From a virus: a DNA stretch of 64,000 bases. Both the position numbers and the translations under genes were made by a program. Positions 10,399 to 19,307 of the stretch are shown piece after piece (positions within the stretch are counted from its first letter, which is position 1; each line of letters starts with the position of its first letter). The stretch covers positions 1 through 64,000 of IMG/VR virus record IMGVR_UViG_3300030102_003270; one strand, written 5' to 3'. The notes under the pieces were generated by a model. The model searched no databases. It was not told the origin of the DNA and saw only the letters and a program-made list of their open reading frames with translations.

Positions 10399-11838
10399 AT
10401 GAGTGGGATGGAAGACCTAAATTTCTCTCACACAATGGATATGGAGTTATCTAAGAACTCATTTCCATATTTCTTTCAGAATGTACTGGGTATGATGTAC
10501 CCAGAATACATGCAAGAATGGTTAGAAACAATGGAGAATACAGATAGAACAGTTATTGTTTGTAGCCGTGACCACGGAAAGTCAGTATTCATGCACTCAT
10601 GGGTAGTATGGAATTTAGTATTCCAAGAACCACCATATCAGATGCTATACATATCATCTAACCAAAAGCAGACACTCGTTCACATGAGAGAGATTGATAG
10701 ATATTTCAACATACCACAACTCAAGAAATTTAGGCCATCTAGAGGATGGGCGATAGGTAACATCCAGTTGACAAACGGCAATTCTATTCTAGAAAGGTCG
10801 GTAGGTTCTCAGATTCGTGGTCTTCACCCACAGGAGATTATCATTGACGACCCCTTGAAGGAGTTTAGTTTGGCTGGAATCAATAGAGTTACTGATTGGT
10901 TCTTTGGAGACATGATACCTACGCTTCATCATACTGCTAATCTTAGAATGATAGGCACTCCGTTCACATATACTGATATTTTTACTCAATTAGAGGAAAA
11001 TGCAGCGTATACCGTTAGAAAATACCCATGTTTAGACTCAAATAATGACCCTCTTTGGCCGGAAAGGTGGAATTATGAAGCATTGATGCAGAGAAAAGCA
11101 GAAATAGGCTCTCTAAAATTCACTAGAGAGTATTTGTGCATACCAATATCAACAGGAACGGCATTATTTGGACAAGAACACTTGGAAAATGCGAAAAATG
11201 AGCATTTGATATTGAGATTAGGCAATAGAAGGGATAAAGGCTACAAATACTACGTTGGTGTTGACCCTGCCATCTCAACAGACGGAGATTACAACGTAAT
11301 CATAGTCTTAGAGGTAGATGAGAACATGAATAAGTCAATTGTTCACATAGATAGGGCCAAAAACGTGCAGTTTAGAGAGAATATAGAGAAACTTAAATTG
11401 ATTGGTCAGATATTTCAGCCAGAAGTGGTTTTGTATGAGACAAATACATTCGCAAAGGCATTTACGCAAGAGTTGAGAAGCGTTACCGATATGAATGTTA
11501 GAGACTTCAATACAACAAGGAGAAAAAAGCAAGAAATCATCTTGGGTCTTCAGATGAATTTCGAGAATAACAAAATACACCTACCCTATGGGGATAACAA
11601 TAGTAGGAAGATGACGATGAATATTATCGAGGAACTATCCATGTTTTCAATCACTGATTCTGGTAAGTTTGAGGGAGTTGGAGCGCACGATGACTTGGTA
11701 ATGGCCCTTGCTTTAGCAAATGCGGCCTCTCAAACGCCTTCTGAGTCCTTTATGCTACTAGACGACCTAGAATTATTTGATGGCCCACAAAAGCCTTCTA
11801 TTGGACTTCCTGTGGGAATAGCAGGTTTGAACTTTTGA
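10399..11838 (+). CDS. terL: Terminase large subunit
   Basis: Walker A variant SRDHGKS, Walker B IIIDD, IGTP coupling motif, RNase H-like nuclease GVDPA...HDDLVMALALA. Confidence 0.95.
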   Translation: MSGMEDLNFSHTMDMELSKNSFPYFFQNVLGMMYPEYMQEWLETMENTDRTVIVCSRDHGKSVFMHSWVVWNLVFQEPPYQMLYISSNQKQTLVHMREIDRYFNIPQLKKFRPSRGWAIGNIQLTNGNSILERSVGSQIRGLHPQEIIIDDPLKEFSLAGINRVTDWFFGDMIPTLHHTANLRMIGTPFTYTDIFTQLEENAAYTVRKYPCLDSNNDPLWPERWNYEALMQRKAEIGSLKFTREYLCIPISTGTALFGQEHLENAKNEHLILRLGNRRDKGYKYYVGVDPAISTDGDYNVIIVLEVDENMNKSIVHIDRAKNVQFRENIEKLKLIGQIFQPEVVLYETNTFAKAFTQELRSVTDMNVRDFNTTRRKKQEIILGLQMNFENNKIHLPYGDNNSRKMTMNIIEELSMFSITDSGKFEGVGAHDDLVMALALANAASQTPSESFMLLDDLELFDGPQKPSIGLPVGIAGLNF

Positions 11839-11842
11839 AGAG

Positions 11843-13168
11843 GTGAGAGTAATGAGTGAATTGACGGAGCAAATGCGTGAAACTGCTGATAAACTAGACG
11901 CTGCCGATGAAGAGGCAAAAGAAGCAGAAAGAGAATTACAAATAGCAATAGAAGAAACTAAGAATGCATCTGATTGGTTAGCATCTCAACCTTTGATGGG
12001 GGATGATGACCTAATCAAGTTGTTCGCAAGTGAAAGAGAAATTAACTTATCTCAAGCAAAGAATACACTGTTCACATATCCCAGAAGATACCTAATCAAA
12101 GGAAAGGATGTTCCTTCTATCGTCAAGGAGATGAGAACATACCGAAGAACCTTGAAGGGAAGTCAGAAGGTACAGTTCACAAAGTCAATAGACAATCTGA
12201 TAGATGCTTACACCGACCATTTAGGCAAGTGCATAGATAGCATTCATTGGATTAAGAAATACAAGGTTCCACTACAATCTATGGTATTGAACGAGGAGCA
12301 GTTGTATAAGTTGTATCTAGTAAAAGAGGAAGAGAAGAGAAGAAAGATGGTAGATAGCCTATGCAAATATTGGGAAGCAAGTCTAGAAAGAAAGGAAATA
12401 CCATTCAATAAAGAATACGCTAGTCTAACAAAGCAGATGACTAATGAAAAGAAAGCCTTCAAATTATTGCTAAAGGAAACCCCTATAAGCACATCTCCTA
12501 AAGACGAGATTAGGAAGGCCATCCTAGATTCTGTTTGTTATAATCCGGGTATATCTGCTAGACAGATACATGACCAGTTACCTAAGAAACTACAAAACAG
12601 AAGTTCTTCCAGAATAATAGCAAAATTAGCAAAAGACGAAAATATAACAAGTGTTGATGGTGCTTACTATAAAATAAATGATGAGATTAAAAAGAATATA
12701 TGGGCTTATACTGCTGCCTTTATTGATTCAGATGGATATATTACAATGGATAAAAATCATAACCCAAGAGTAGGTTTAGTAGCGACAGGAAATAGAGGAA
12801 AGGCATTCATGTTGGAGATGCACAAATCAATAGGGATGGGAAGATTGCATTTAGACCAAAAATCTCCACAAGATACCAGACTAATAAACAGACTTAATTT
12901 CTATTCCGGTACAGAAATAACAGACTTATTGACCAAATGCTTACCACATTTTAAATTAAAGAAAAATAATGCTAAAGTATTATTAGAATTAATTAAGATT
13001 AAAAAAGAAAATAAGAAAGAAGATTGGTATAAAGAAAGAAAGGGAGAGTTATTCAAATTGATGAAGTATTATAATCATAGTGATAACAGCAAATTCGATT
13101 GGAAGGCATGGGATATTGACATAGATAATATTTCTAAACTCGAACAGAACAGTAAAATGGAGTTCTAG
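11843..13168 (+). CDS. Coiled-coil / wHTH / LAGLIDADG endonuclease-domain protein
   Basis: YTAAFIDSDGYI LAGLIDADG motif and LPHFKLKK near the C-terminus; NPGISARQIHDQL is HTH-like. Confidence 0.8.
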   Translation: MRVMSELTEQMRETADKLDAADEEAKEAERELQIAIEETKNASDWLASQPLMGDDDLIKLFASEREINLSQAKNTLFTYPRRYLIKGKDVPSIVKEMRTYRRTLKGSQKVQFTKSIDNLIDAYTDHLGKCIDSIHWIKKYKVPLQSMVLNEEQLYKLYLVKEEEKRRKMVDSLCKYWEASLERKEIPFNKEYASLTKQMTNEKKAFKLLLKETPISTSPKDEIRKAILDSVCYNPGISARQIHDQLPKKLQNRSSSRIIAKLAKDENITSVDGAYYKINDEIKKNIWAYTAAFIDSDGYITMDKNHNPRVGLVATGNRGKAFMLEMHKSIGMGRLHLDQKSPQDTRLINRLNFYSGTEITDLLTKCLPHFKLKKNNAKVLLELIKIKKENKKEDWYKERKGELFKLMKYYNHSDNSKFDWKAWDIDIDNISKLEQNSKMEF

Positions 13169-13170
13169 AA

Positions 13171-14823
13171 ATGGTGCAAGAGAGAAGAAGATTCACCCTC
13201 ACTAATCTATTTAGGAGGGCGACCCCAAAGCCGGAAGATAGGAAGATATTCAATCCCGGCATACAAGAAAAAGATACAAGTTATATGATAACTTCACCAA
13301 TACTCTATCATGTTGCTCAGTCTTCTGTAATAGTCAGAACTTGCACAACCCAGTTGAAGAATGAGATATTCAGAAGAGGATATACATGGGAAGAGAAGTT
13401 CACATCAAAATGCGGTGAATGTGGCAACGAGCATCAAAGCGCAGTAAAACAGTGTGCTGATTGTGGTTCTATGGAACTAAAGAAACCAGACAAAAGCCAA
13501 TTAAAATATGCTCACAAATTCCTAGATAGATATGTCAATTCATCTGAGCAATTGTTCATTGACGTATTGAAGGAATTAGAGGATGACCTAAACATCATGG
13601 ATGACGCATATATCATATTGGTCAAGGAATACTATATTGACAATGCTGGTAAAATAAGAATGCATAAGATAAATCAGATATATCGTGGCGACCCTGTGAC
13701 CATGCACATCCATTCAGACATGAATGGTGACAAGGGTAATTCTGGCTTCACTTGTATCAAGCACAGGGACCAAATCACAGAAGACCCAGTTGGACATTGT
13801 GAGATATGCGGGGATATGATGTACCCTGTCCATTATGTGAATAGAGTGAACGGAAAGGAACAGTATTACATCGAGGGTGAGGTTCTTCACTTCAGTAAAT
13901 ACAACCCAAGTAGATTGTATGGGCTATCTCCTGTATTGACATTATGGAATCACATAACCACTTTACTTGCTATGGAGAACTACGTCAATTCATCATATTC
14001 CAAGAGCAGAATGCCTAGAGGACTTCTTGCGGTGCAGACTAGAAATATAGACTCAATGAAATCCTTCTGGCGAGGAGTCAAAGAAAAGATGGAGCAAGAC
14101 CCTCACTTCATACCTGTTATGGGTATTGAGGCAGAAAACGGTAAGGGTTCTATTGAGTGGATTAAGTTCATGGATAGTCTGAAGGAAATGGATTACGTTT
14201 CTGTTAAGGACGACCTAAGAGATAGAATATCAGCATTCTACGGAGTAAGCAAGATATTCATGTCTGATAATTCTGCTAGTGGCGGATTGAATAATGAGGG
14301 TATGCAGATACTTGTGACCAATAGGGCAGTAGAGATGGCTCAGACACTTTACAATGAATATGTTTTACCTTTCATAACCAAGGAGTTTGGTATTACAGAT
14401 TGGCAATTGAAACTACCTCCATCGGAAGAGGAAGATGCAATAGCAAAACTAAGGAAGAGAGAAATCGAAGTAAATATTGCAGCATCAATAAAGAATCTAG
14501 GTTTCGAGGTTGATATGGACGATGAAGGAAGATTTACGTTTGAGAAGCCTCCTCCAGAAATGCAAGAAGGAAAGAAGGATAAGGATGAGGAAATAGAATT
14601 AGACCCCTATGCAGGAACCAACATAGACCAATCACAATTAGGACAAATGATGGAACAAGGAACTAGACCTACTAAAGAGGAAGCAGGTAAGCCAGCAGAA
14701 GTAAAGGGACAGACTAGAAACAAACCTAGCATGAGTGTAGGTCCAGACCAAAGATTCACAGGACTACCTAAAGAAGCAGGTAATCAAAACGTGGACAAGA
14801 GGACAGAAAGGAGGGTTGGTTAG
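13171..14823 (+). CDS. Portal protein with Zn-ribbon insertions
   Basis: Follows TerL; portal motifs EVLHF...YGLSP, MPRGLL and RISAFYGV; CxxC pairs are inserted. Confidence 0.9.
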   Translation: MVQERRRFTLTNLFRRATPKPEDRKIFNPGIQEKDTSYMITSPILYHVAQSSVIVRTCTTQLKNEIFRRGYTWEEKFTSKCGECGNEHQSAVKQCADCGSMELKKPDKSQLKYAHKFLDRYVNSSEQLFIDVLKELEDDLNIMDDAYIILVKEYYIDNAGKIRMHKINQIYRGDPVTMHIHSDMNGDKGNSGFTCIKHRDQITEDPVGHCEICGDMMYPVHYVNRVNGKEQYYIEGEVLHFSKYNPSRLYGLSPVLTLWNHITTLLAMENYVNSSYSKSRMPRGLLAVQTRNIDSMKSFWRGVKEKMEQDPHFIPVMGIEAENGKGSIEWIKFMDSLKEMDYVSVKDDLRDRISAFYGVSKIFMSDNSASGGLNNEGMQILVTNRAVEMAQTLYNEYVLPFITKEFGITDWQLKLPPSEEEDAIAKLRKREIEVNIAASIKNLGFEVDMDDEGRFTFEKPPPEMQEGKKDKDEEIELDPYAGTNIDQSQLGQMMEQGTRPTKEEAGKPAEVKGQTRNKPSMSVGPDQRFTGLPKEAGNQNVDKRTERRVG

Positions 14824-15494
14824 TGTGGAAGAGTGTTCTGCTAAAATCTTCTAATTTTAATACGCTTATGGCTTGGTGGTCTAGATACGTTAGACCCGAT
14901 AATGAGCAAAATGAATCCTTCTTGGATATATGGGTTACGTGGGAAGAAATAGAAGCAATAGAGAATAGTGATGCTGTTGAAAGAAGACTCGTTGGCAGTT
15001 ATCCAAGAATACAACTGTTGGAAGAAATAGAAAGAAGGATAGGTTTCTTATTGAAAATTGTAGTGGATGGAGCATATAGTCAAGGAAGCAACATTAGCAT
15101 AAAATACAAAAATGCTGACAATTCTAATCTAGTTAATAACTATGTATACCATGCCAAAGATTATTCTGATATGTATAAAGAACTAATCTTATATGAAAGA
15201 TACAGAGTAGATGACATATCCAATAATATCTGGAACACATCTGTATCGGCACTAAAAAGAAAAAACTATCCGAATATGCAAACAGAAAGAAATAAGCATC
15301 AAAAACTCAAAAGACATATACCTAAAGACTTGTTAGAGAAATTCACAGACGAAGAAGAGGAGAAGATGCTAAAGGTAATTTCCAGTAATGATTATTCATA
15401 CAATAATTATCTGATAATGCAACTGATAAAGAATCAAAGGTATAGTACAGATATAAACGCACTAAGAACAGCATTAAGAGATGTGGAATTATGA
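14823..15494 (+). CDS. Tagged hypothetical protein
   Basis: GTG start MWKSVLLKS; GGAGG RBS. Confidence 0.7.
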   Translation: MWKSVLLKSSNFNTLMAWWSRYVRPDNEQNESFLDIWVTWEEIEAIENSDAVERRLVGSYPRIQLLEEIERRIGFLLKIVVDGAYSQGSNISIKYKNADNSNLVNNYVYHAKDYSDMYKELILYERYRVDDISNNIWNTSVSALKRKNYPNMQTERNKHQKLKRHIPKDLLEKFTDEEEEKMLKVISSNDYSYNNYLIMQLIKNQRYSTDINALRTALRDVEL

Positions 15495-15622
15495 AATGGG
15501 AAGAAATAGTTAAGAAAAAGAAAAAGCCAGATTTTCTGGATTTAGATGGAGATGGAAACAAAACGGAGCCTATGAAAGAGGCAGCGAAAGATAAAGGTAA
15601 GAAGGGTGAGAAAGATGAGTGA
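15491..15622 (+). CDS. 43-aa tagged peptide with a DxDxDG motif, absent from the ORF track
   Basis: Manual translation MKWEEIVKKKKKPDFLDLDGDGNKTEPMKEAAKDKGKKGEKDE*; ATGA overlap. Confidence 0.75.
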   Translation: MKWEEIVKKKKKPDFLDLDGDGNKTEPMKEAAKDKGKKGEKDE

Positions 15623-15827
15623 GAAAAGCGTAAGAGATTTAGAAAGAGAACTAGTCAAGGCTAGAAAAAGAGAAGCCAGCGAGCGTAAAGTTAACACAAG
15701 TAGAAACTTGGATTACATAGGCCCAGACCCTAACTCAGTGAAAAAGGAAAAGCCCGGAATGGCAGATATACCAGACTATATCGGACTACCAAAGAAACAA
15801 AGAAGAAGAACAGAAAACAAGTGGTAG
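15615..15827 (+). CDS. Small basic hypothetical protein
   Basis: ATG at 15615 after GGTGA; MSEKSVRDLERELVKARKRE... Confidence 0.65.
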   Translation: MSEKSVRDLERELVKARKREASERKVNTSRNLDYIGPDPNSVKKEKPGMADIPDYIGLPKKQRRRTENKW

Positions 15828-15829
15828 TC

Positions 15830-17935
15830 ATGAGTTTCATGGATGTATTGAAGGCCAAGCCGATAATCATAGAGAAATCTATGCCTATTGTAAAGGAAGA
15901 CTATACATCCAGACCATTATACAGAAAACTAGAATCTAGGTTAGAGGAAATCAGTGGACTGAGCGCACCTGTTCCCACTATAATGCAAGCGGTTGATGAA
16001 GCAATAAAGGATAGCCAACAGTCTGATGTTGAGTTATCAGCAGAAGAAGAGAAGCAAATGAAGGTGAAGATAAAATCACTCAAGGAAGAATTGAAACTAG
16101 TTGACAAGACTAGCAAAAAAGCATATCAAAATAGAATAGAAAACCTTGAGAAAATCATATCGAGGTTAGAGGAACTAAAAGAAACCCACGATGAAATCAT
16201 GGAAAGATTAGAGCCACTAAAGAAGGAATATAAAGAACTAGAAGGGGGAATGGGGGAAGAGGCTCAGACTAGAGCAAAGGAACTAAATGAAAAAATAAGA
16301 CCTCTAGAGAAAGAAATCAATGAAATAAAGAGTAACATGCGTTTTGCATTTACTGGGACTTTCTCATATCGTCCGGTGTTACCCGAAGAAAAGACTGAGG
16401 GAAAAATGGCTGATAAAGTATCTAAGAAGCCTAGAAACGAGAGACAAAGAGATGGAGATGCAGAATATGACATCACCTTCTCAACAGGGATAGCGAACTA
16501 CAAGAAGAGGGTGGAAGAATACAACAAACTAGAGCCTATCGTAACAAGCAAGAAAGACAAGGCAATAACAAAGGACAAGATAAAACAACAAATAGATTCT
16601 TTGGAAAGGCAAGTTAAAACAGGGAAGAAAGATAGACCTCTTCTAATCACTTCCAAGGGAGGTATAGGTAGGCAGGAGAATGTCAATGCTGTTCTAGTCA
16701 ATGCAATAAGACAACTAAACATGTCAGAATATGCAGATGAAATAGTAGACAAACTCTCGCCTAAGATACGCCAAAGAGTCAAAAGACAAGAAAGAGAACT
16801 AAACAACCAAGAAGAAGCATTGATGCAGTTAATAGATGAACTGAATGCTGAAGAGATATCTAGTTCCACCGAAACAAGATTGCAAGTAAACAATATGCTC
16901 AACAATAGATTCCTATACAATATGACTCTAAACGTATCTGGAGAAAGAGATAACATACATCCCGATGTGGTAAATGCGCTAAGGGAACCAGATGTGTTTG
17001 AGGATGTAGTTAGAAAGATGAAGGAAATAAAACCAAGTCTGAAGAGAGTGAAGTCCAAGGATGTAAGAACAGTCATGCAATCCTTACGAACAGCAAAGAC
17101 AGATGTATCTCAAATAGCGAGACAGGTTCTATCAAGACAATATCCCGACAATATAGAATACAAAGACCTACTAGCATTGAACTCAGAATCGGATTTAAGT
17201 AAATTACTAGACAAACTTGGAATGCTGGTTGCATCATGGGATGCATTGTCAGATAGATTTTTCCTCGATGCAGAAGATGTGGATGAACAGTATTGGTCTG
17301 ATGAAAAGATAGTAGCAGAAATAAAAGAAAGTTGGGAGACACTATTGGAAGATGCACCGGAGATAGCAGGGTTGAGCGAGGAAGAAATGCAATCCAAGTA
17401 TAATGAGCATCTAAAGAAAGGATATAGTAGACTGGTCAAGCAAATGGAAAAACTATACAAGAGCATAATAATGTATTACGATGCAAGCATGACTCTATTA
17501 GATGCATTCATCAGCGCAAAGGGATTCAGATATCAACTACCTGCAACTAGTGATTGGTCGGGAATACTCACATTAGGGGCAGGTGAAAAGAGAGACACTG
17601 ACTTGGCTTTGGAAACCATTAGAAAGAATCTAATGGAGACAAAGAAGGATGTGGATGGACAGCGAACCATAATGAAAGGCTTCATTCCTAATATAGATGA
17701 CTACATGCAATCGCTAGAGGAAGACAATGTAGATAGCACTTTACTCGATGAATATGAAAGAGCCAGCAAAGAAGCACAAAGAGAAAGAGTTAGGCAAGCA
17801 AAAGAAGAAGACGATAAGAAAATAAGAAGGGATAAGGATAATCCTTATTCCAGAAGGGCAACTACCGAGACAATGAGAGAGGCATCTAAGCCGTTCCTTG
17901 AACAGCCAAAAAGAAAGAAAGAAGAAGAGGAATAA
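15830..17935 (+). CDS. Large coiled-coil protein with a variant tag (F for W)
   Basis: ATG at 15830 gives MSFMDVLKA; long heptad-like charged region. Confidence 0.75.
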   Translation: MSFMDVLKAKPIIIEKSMPIVKEDYTSRPLYRKLESRLEEISGLSAPVPTIMQAVDEAIKDSQQSDVELSAEEEKQMKVKIKSLKEELKLVDKTSKKAYQNRIENLEKIISRLEELKETHDEIMERLEPLKKEYKELEGGMGEEAQTRAKELNEKIRPLEKEINEIKSNMRFAFTGTFSYRPVLPEEKTEGKMADKVSKKPRNERQRDGDAEYDITFSTGIANYKKRVEEYNKLEPIVTSKKDKAITKDKIKQQIDSLERQVKTGKKDRPLLITSKGGIGRQENVNAVLVNAIRQLNMSEYADEIVDKLSPKIRQRVKRQERELNNQEEALMQLIDELNAEEISSSTETRLQVNNMLNNRFLYNMTLNVSGERDNIHPDVVNALREPDVFEDVVRKMKEIKPSLKRVKSKDVRTVMQSLRTAKTDVSQIARQVLSRQYPDNIEYKDLLALNSESDLSKLLDKLGMLVASWDALSDRFFLDAEDVDEQYWSDEKIVAEIKESWETLLEDAPEIAGLSEEEMQSKYNEHLKKGYSRLVKQMEKLYKSIIMYYDASMTLLDAFISAKGFRYQLPATSDWSGILTLGAGEKRDTDLALETIRKNLMETKKDVDGQRTIMKGFIPNIDDYMQSLEEDNVDSTLLDEYERASKEAQRERVRQAKEEDDKKIRRDKDNPYSRRATTETMREASKPFLEQPKRKKEEEE

Positions 17936-17937
17936 AT

Positions 17938-18492
17938 ATGTGCAATTCTTGTGGAGATGATACTCATGTTGTCAAAGAGGAATTCTCTTCAGATGTATGG
18001 GTCAAAGGATATGATAACTGGAAGAAAGTCCTAAAGAATCTAAGACCAGAAACTATAATCAGACCAGATGAGAAAGATAGAAGCAGAAGCGATGACCTTT
18101 CTTGGATTGCTCCTATTGATGCTGTTGATTTGAAGGACGAACAAGACGTTAGAACAAAAACTGCTGATTGCCCTGAATGCGAATTCATAACCGATGGAAG
18201 CATGGAGGATAGAAGAAAGTCAAAAGAAAACCCAAACTATCCCGGCAAATGCAAAGAATGTGCAGAATATTGGTGTTCAGTTCCATACAATGATAGATAC
18301 TCAGATAGTGGTATGTGTGGTTTTAGGGTATGCGAGAAGCATTGGAAGAAGATGACAAAAAACGGTAAAATAACGGACACAGTAGGAGGCCATCGTTTTA
18401 CAGGAGATTATGATACTACCAGAAGACAATCGGACTATGATGAAGATGGTCAATTTAATGAAGACAGATACAACAGGAGGAATCGGAGATAA
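17938..18492 (+). CDS. Cys-rich Zn-finger protein
   Basis: CNSC, CPEC, CKEC..WC and CGFRVCEKH; internal tag-like NWKKVLKN near the N-terminus. Confidence 0.7.
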   Translation: MCNSCGDDTHVVKEEFSSDVWVKGYDNWKKVLKNLRPETIIRPDEKDRSRSDDLSWIAPIDAVDLKDEQDVRTKTADCPECEFITDGSMEDRRKSKENPNYPGKCKECAEYWCSVPYNDRYSDSGMCGFRVCEKHWKKMTKNGKITDTVGGHRFTGDYDTTRRQSDYDEDGQFNEDRYNRRNRR

Positions 18493-18836
18493 TGTGGGAA
18501 AGCCAACTATTGAAAGAAGACAGTGATTTACTTCAAAAGGTAAATCCTAAGCAAAAGAAGAAACTGAAGAAATTGGTTCAGACATCTGAGCCTAGTGAGT
18601 ATATGGGACAGGACTTTACCAAATTGAGTGACTTAGTAAAGGAACTAAAGTCGCTAGATATGATGAAGTCAGACAAGAAGATGCTCAAGAAAATGAATAA
18701 GATAGATGAGGCCAATGTCTCCTTGATTGCTGCCGCATCTGAATTGAGAAAGGAATACGAAACTCTATACAGACAACTTAGAGGATTAGTATATCCAAAA
18801 AGCAAAGGAGAACTAGGAGATGAGAAAAATGAGTGA
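18492..18836 (+). CDS. Tagged small coiled-coil protein
   Basis: Starts MWESQLLKE; TAATG overlap. Confidence 0.75.
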   Translation: MWESQLLKEDSDLLQKVNPKQKKKLKKLVQTSEPSEYMGQDFTKLSDLVKELKSLDMMKSDKKMLKKMNKIDEANVSLIAAASELRKEYETLYRQLRGLVYPKSKGELGDEKNE

Positions 18837-19065
18837 AGAAAATGAGATGTTGATGCTAATGAAAGAATTAGTAGACAAAGTGAAGAAGTTAGAGAGAGCA
18901 GTCTATAATGATGATAACCTACTGATGAAGTCGGGTTTTGTTGTAGCAAGCACACCAACTCCATCAATTGCTAATAACTCAGCATCAATTGATGACGATA
19001 AGATAGCAAAGATGGATTGGAGTGAAATCAATGATATGGTTTCAAGGATAGAAGGCGGTGTATAA
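18829..19065 (+). CDS. Small scaffold-like protein
   Basis: The C-terminus MDWSEINDMVSRIE matches the protease/scaffold C-terminus MSWAEINSFVSQYE. Confidence 0.65.
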   Translation: MSEENEMLMLMKELVDKVKKLERAVYNDDNLLMKSGFVVASTPTPSIANNSASIDDDKIAKMDWSEINDMVSRIEGGV

Positions 19066-19306
19066 GATGGATGATTTACTACCAAGAAAAATAAACAAAG
19101 AAGAAAAGATTGAGGAATTGTTAGAGAATGCAGTGACGAAAGCAAAAGAGGCAGTGGGAGAAGTAATGAATTACAATGAAATCCCACTAGAGGAAACAGC
19201 AAAAGTAGAGGGTGAAGATGTCAAACTAACTAGGCCCGATGCTAATCCTCCGAAAGAGAAACTAGACGTGCTAGAAGGAATTAGACCGGAATTCGGAAAG
19301 GAATGA
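19058..19306 (+). CDS. Small acidic hypothetical protein
   Basis: 82-aa ORF within the operon; the start may be the ATG at 19067. Confidence 0.65.
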   Translation: MYKMDDLLPRKINKEEKIEELLENAVTKAKEAVGEVMNYNEIPLEETAKVEGEDVKLTRPDANPPKEKLDVLEGIRPEFGKE

Positions 19307-19307
19307 T

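Noticed and set aside
11843-13168. Intein or group I intron in terL or portal
   Set aside because: Both flanking genes look complete, and there are no Cys/Ser...His-Asn intein ends
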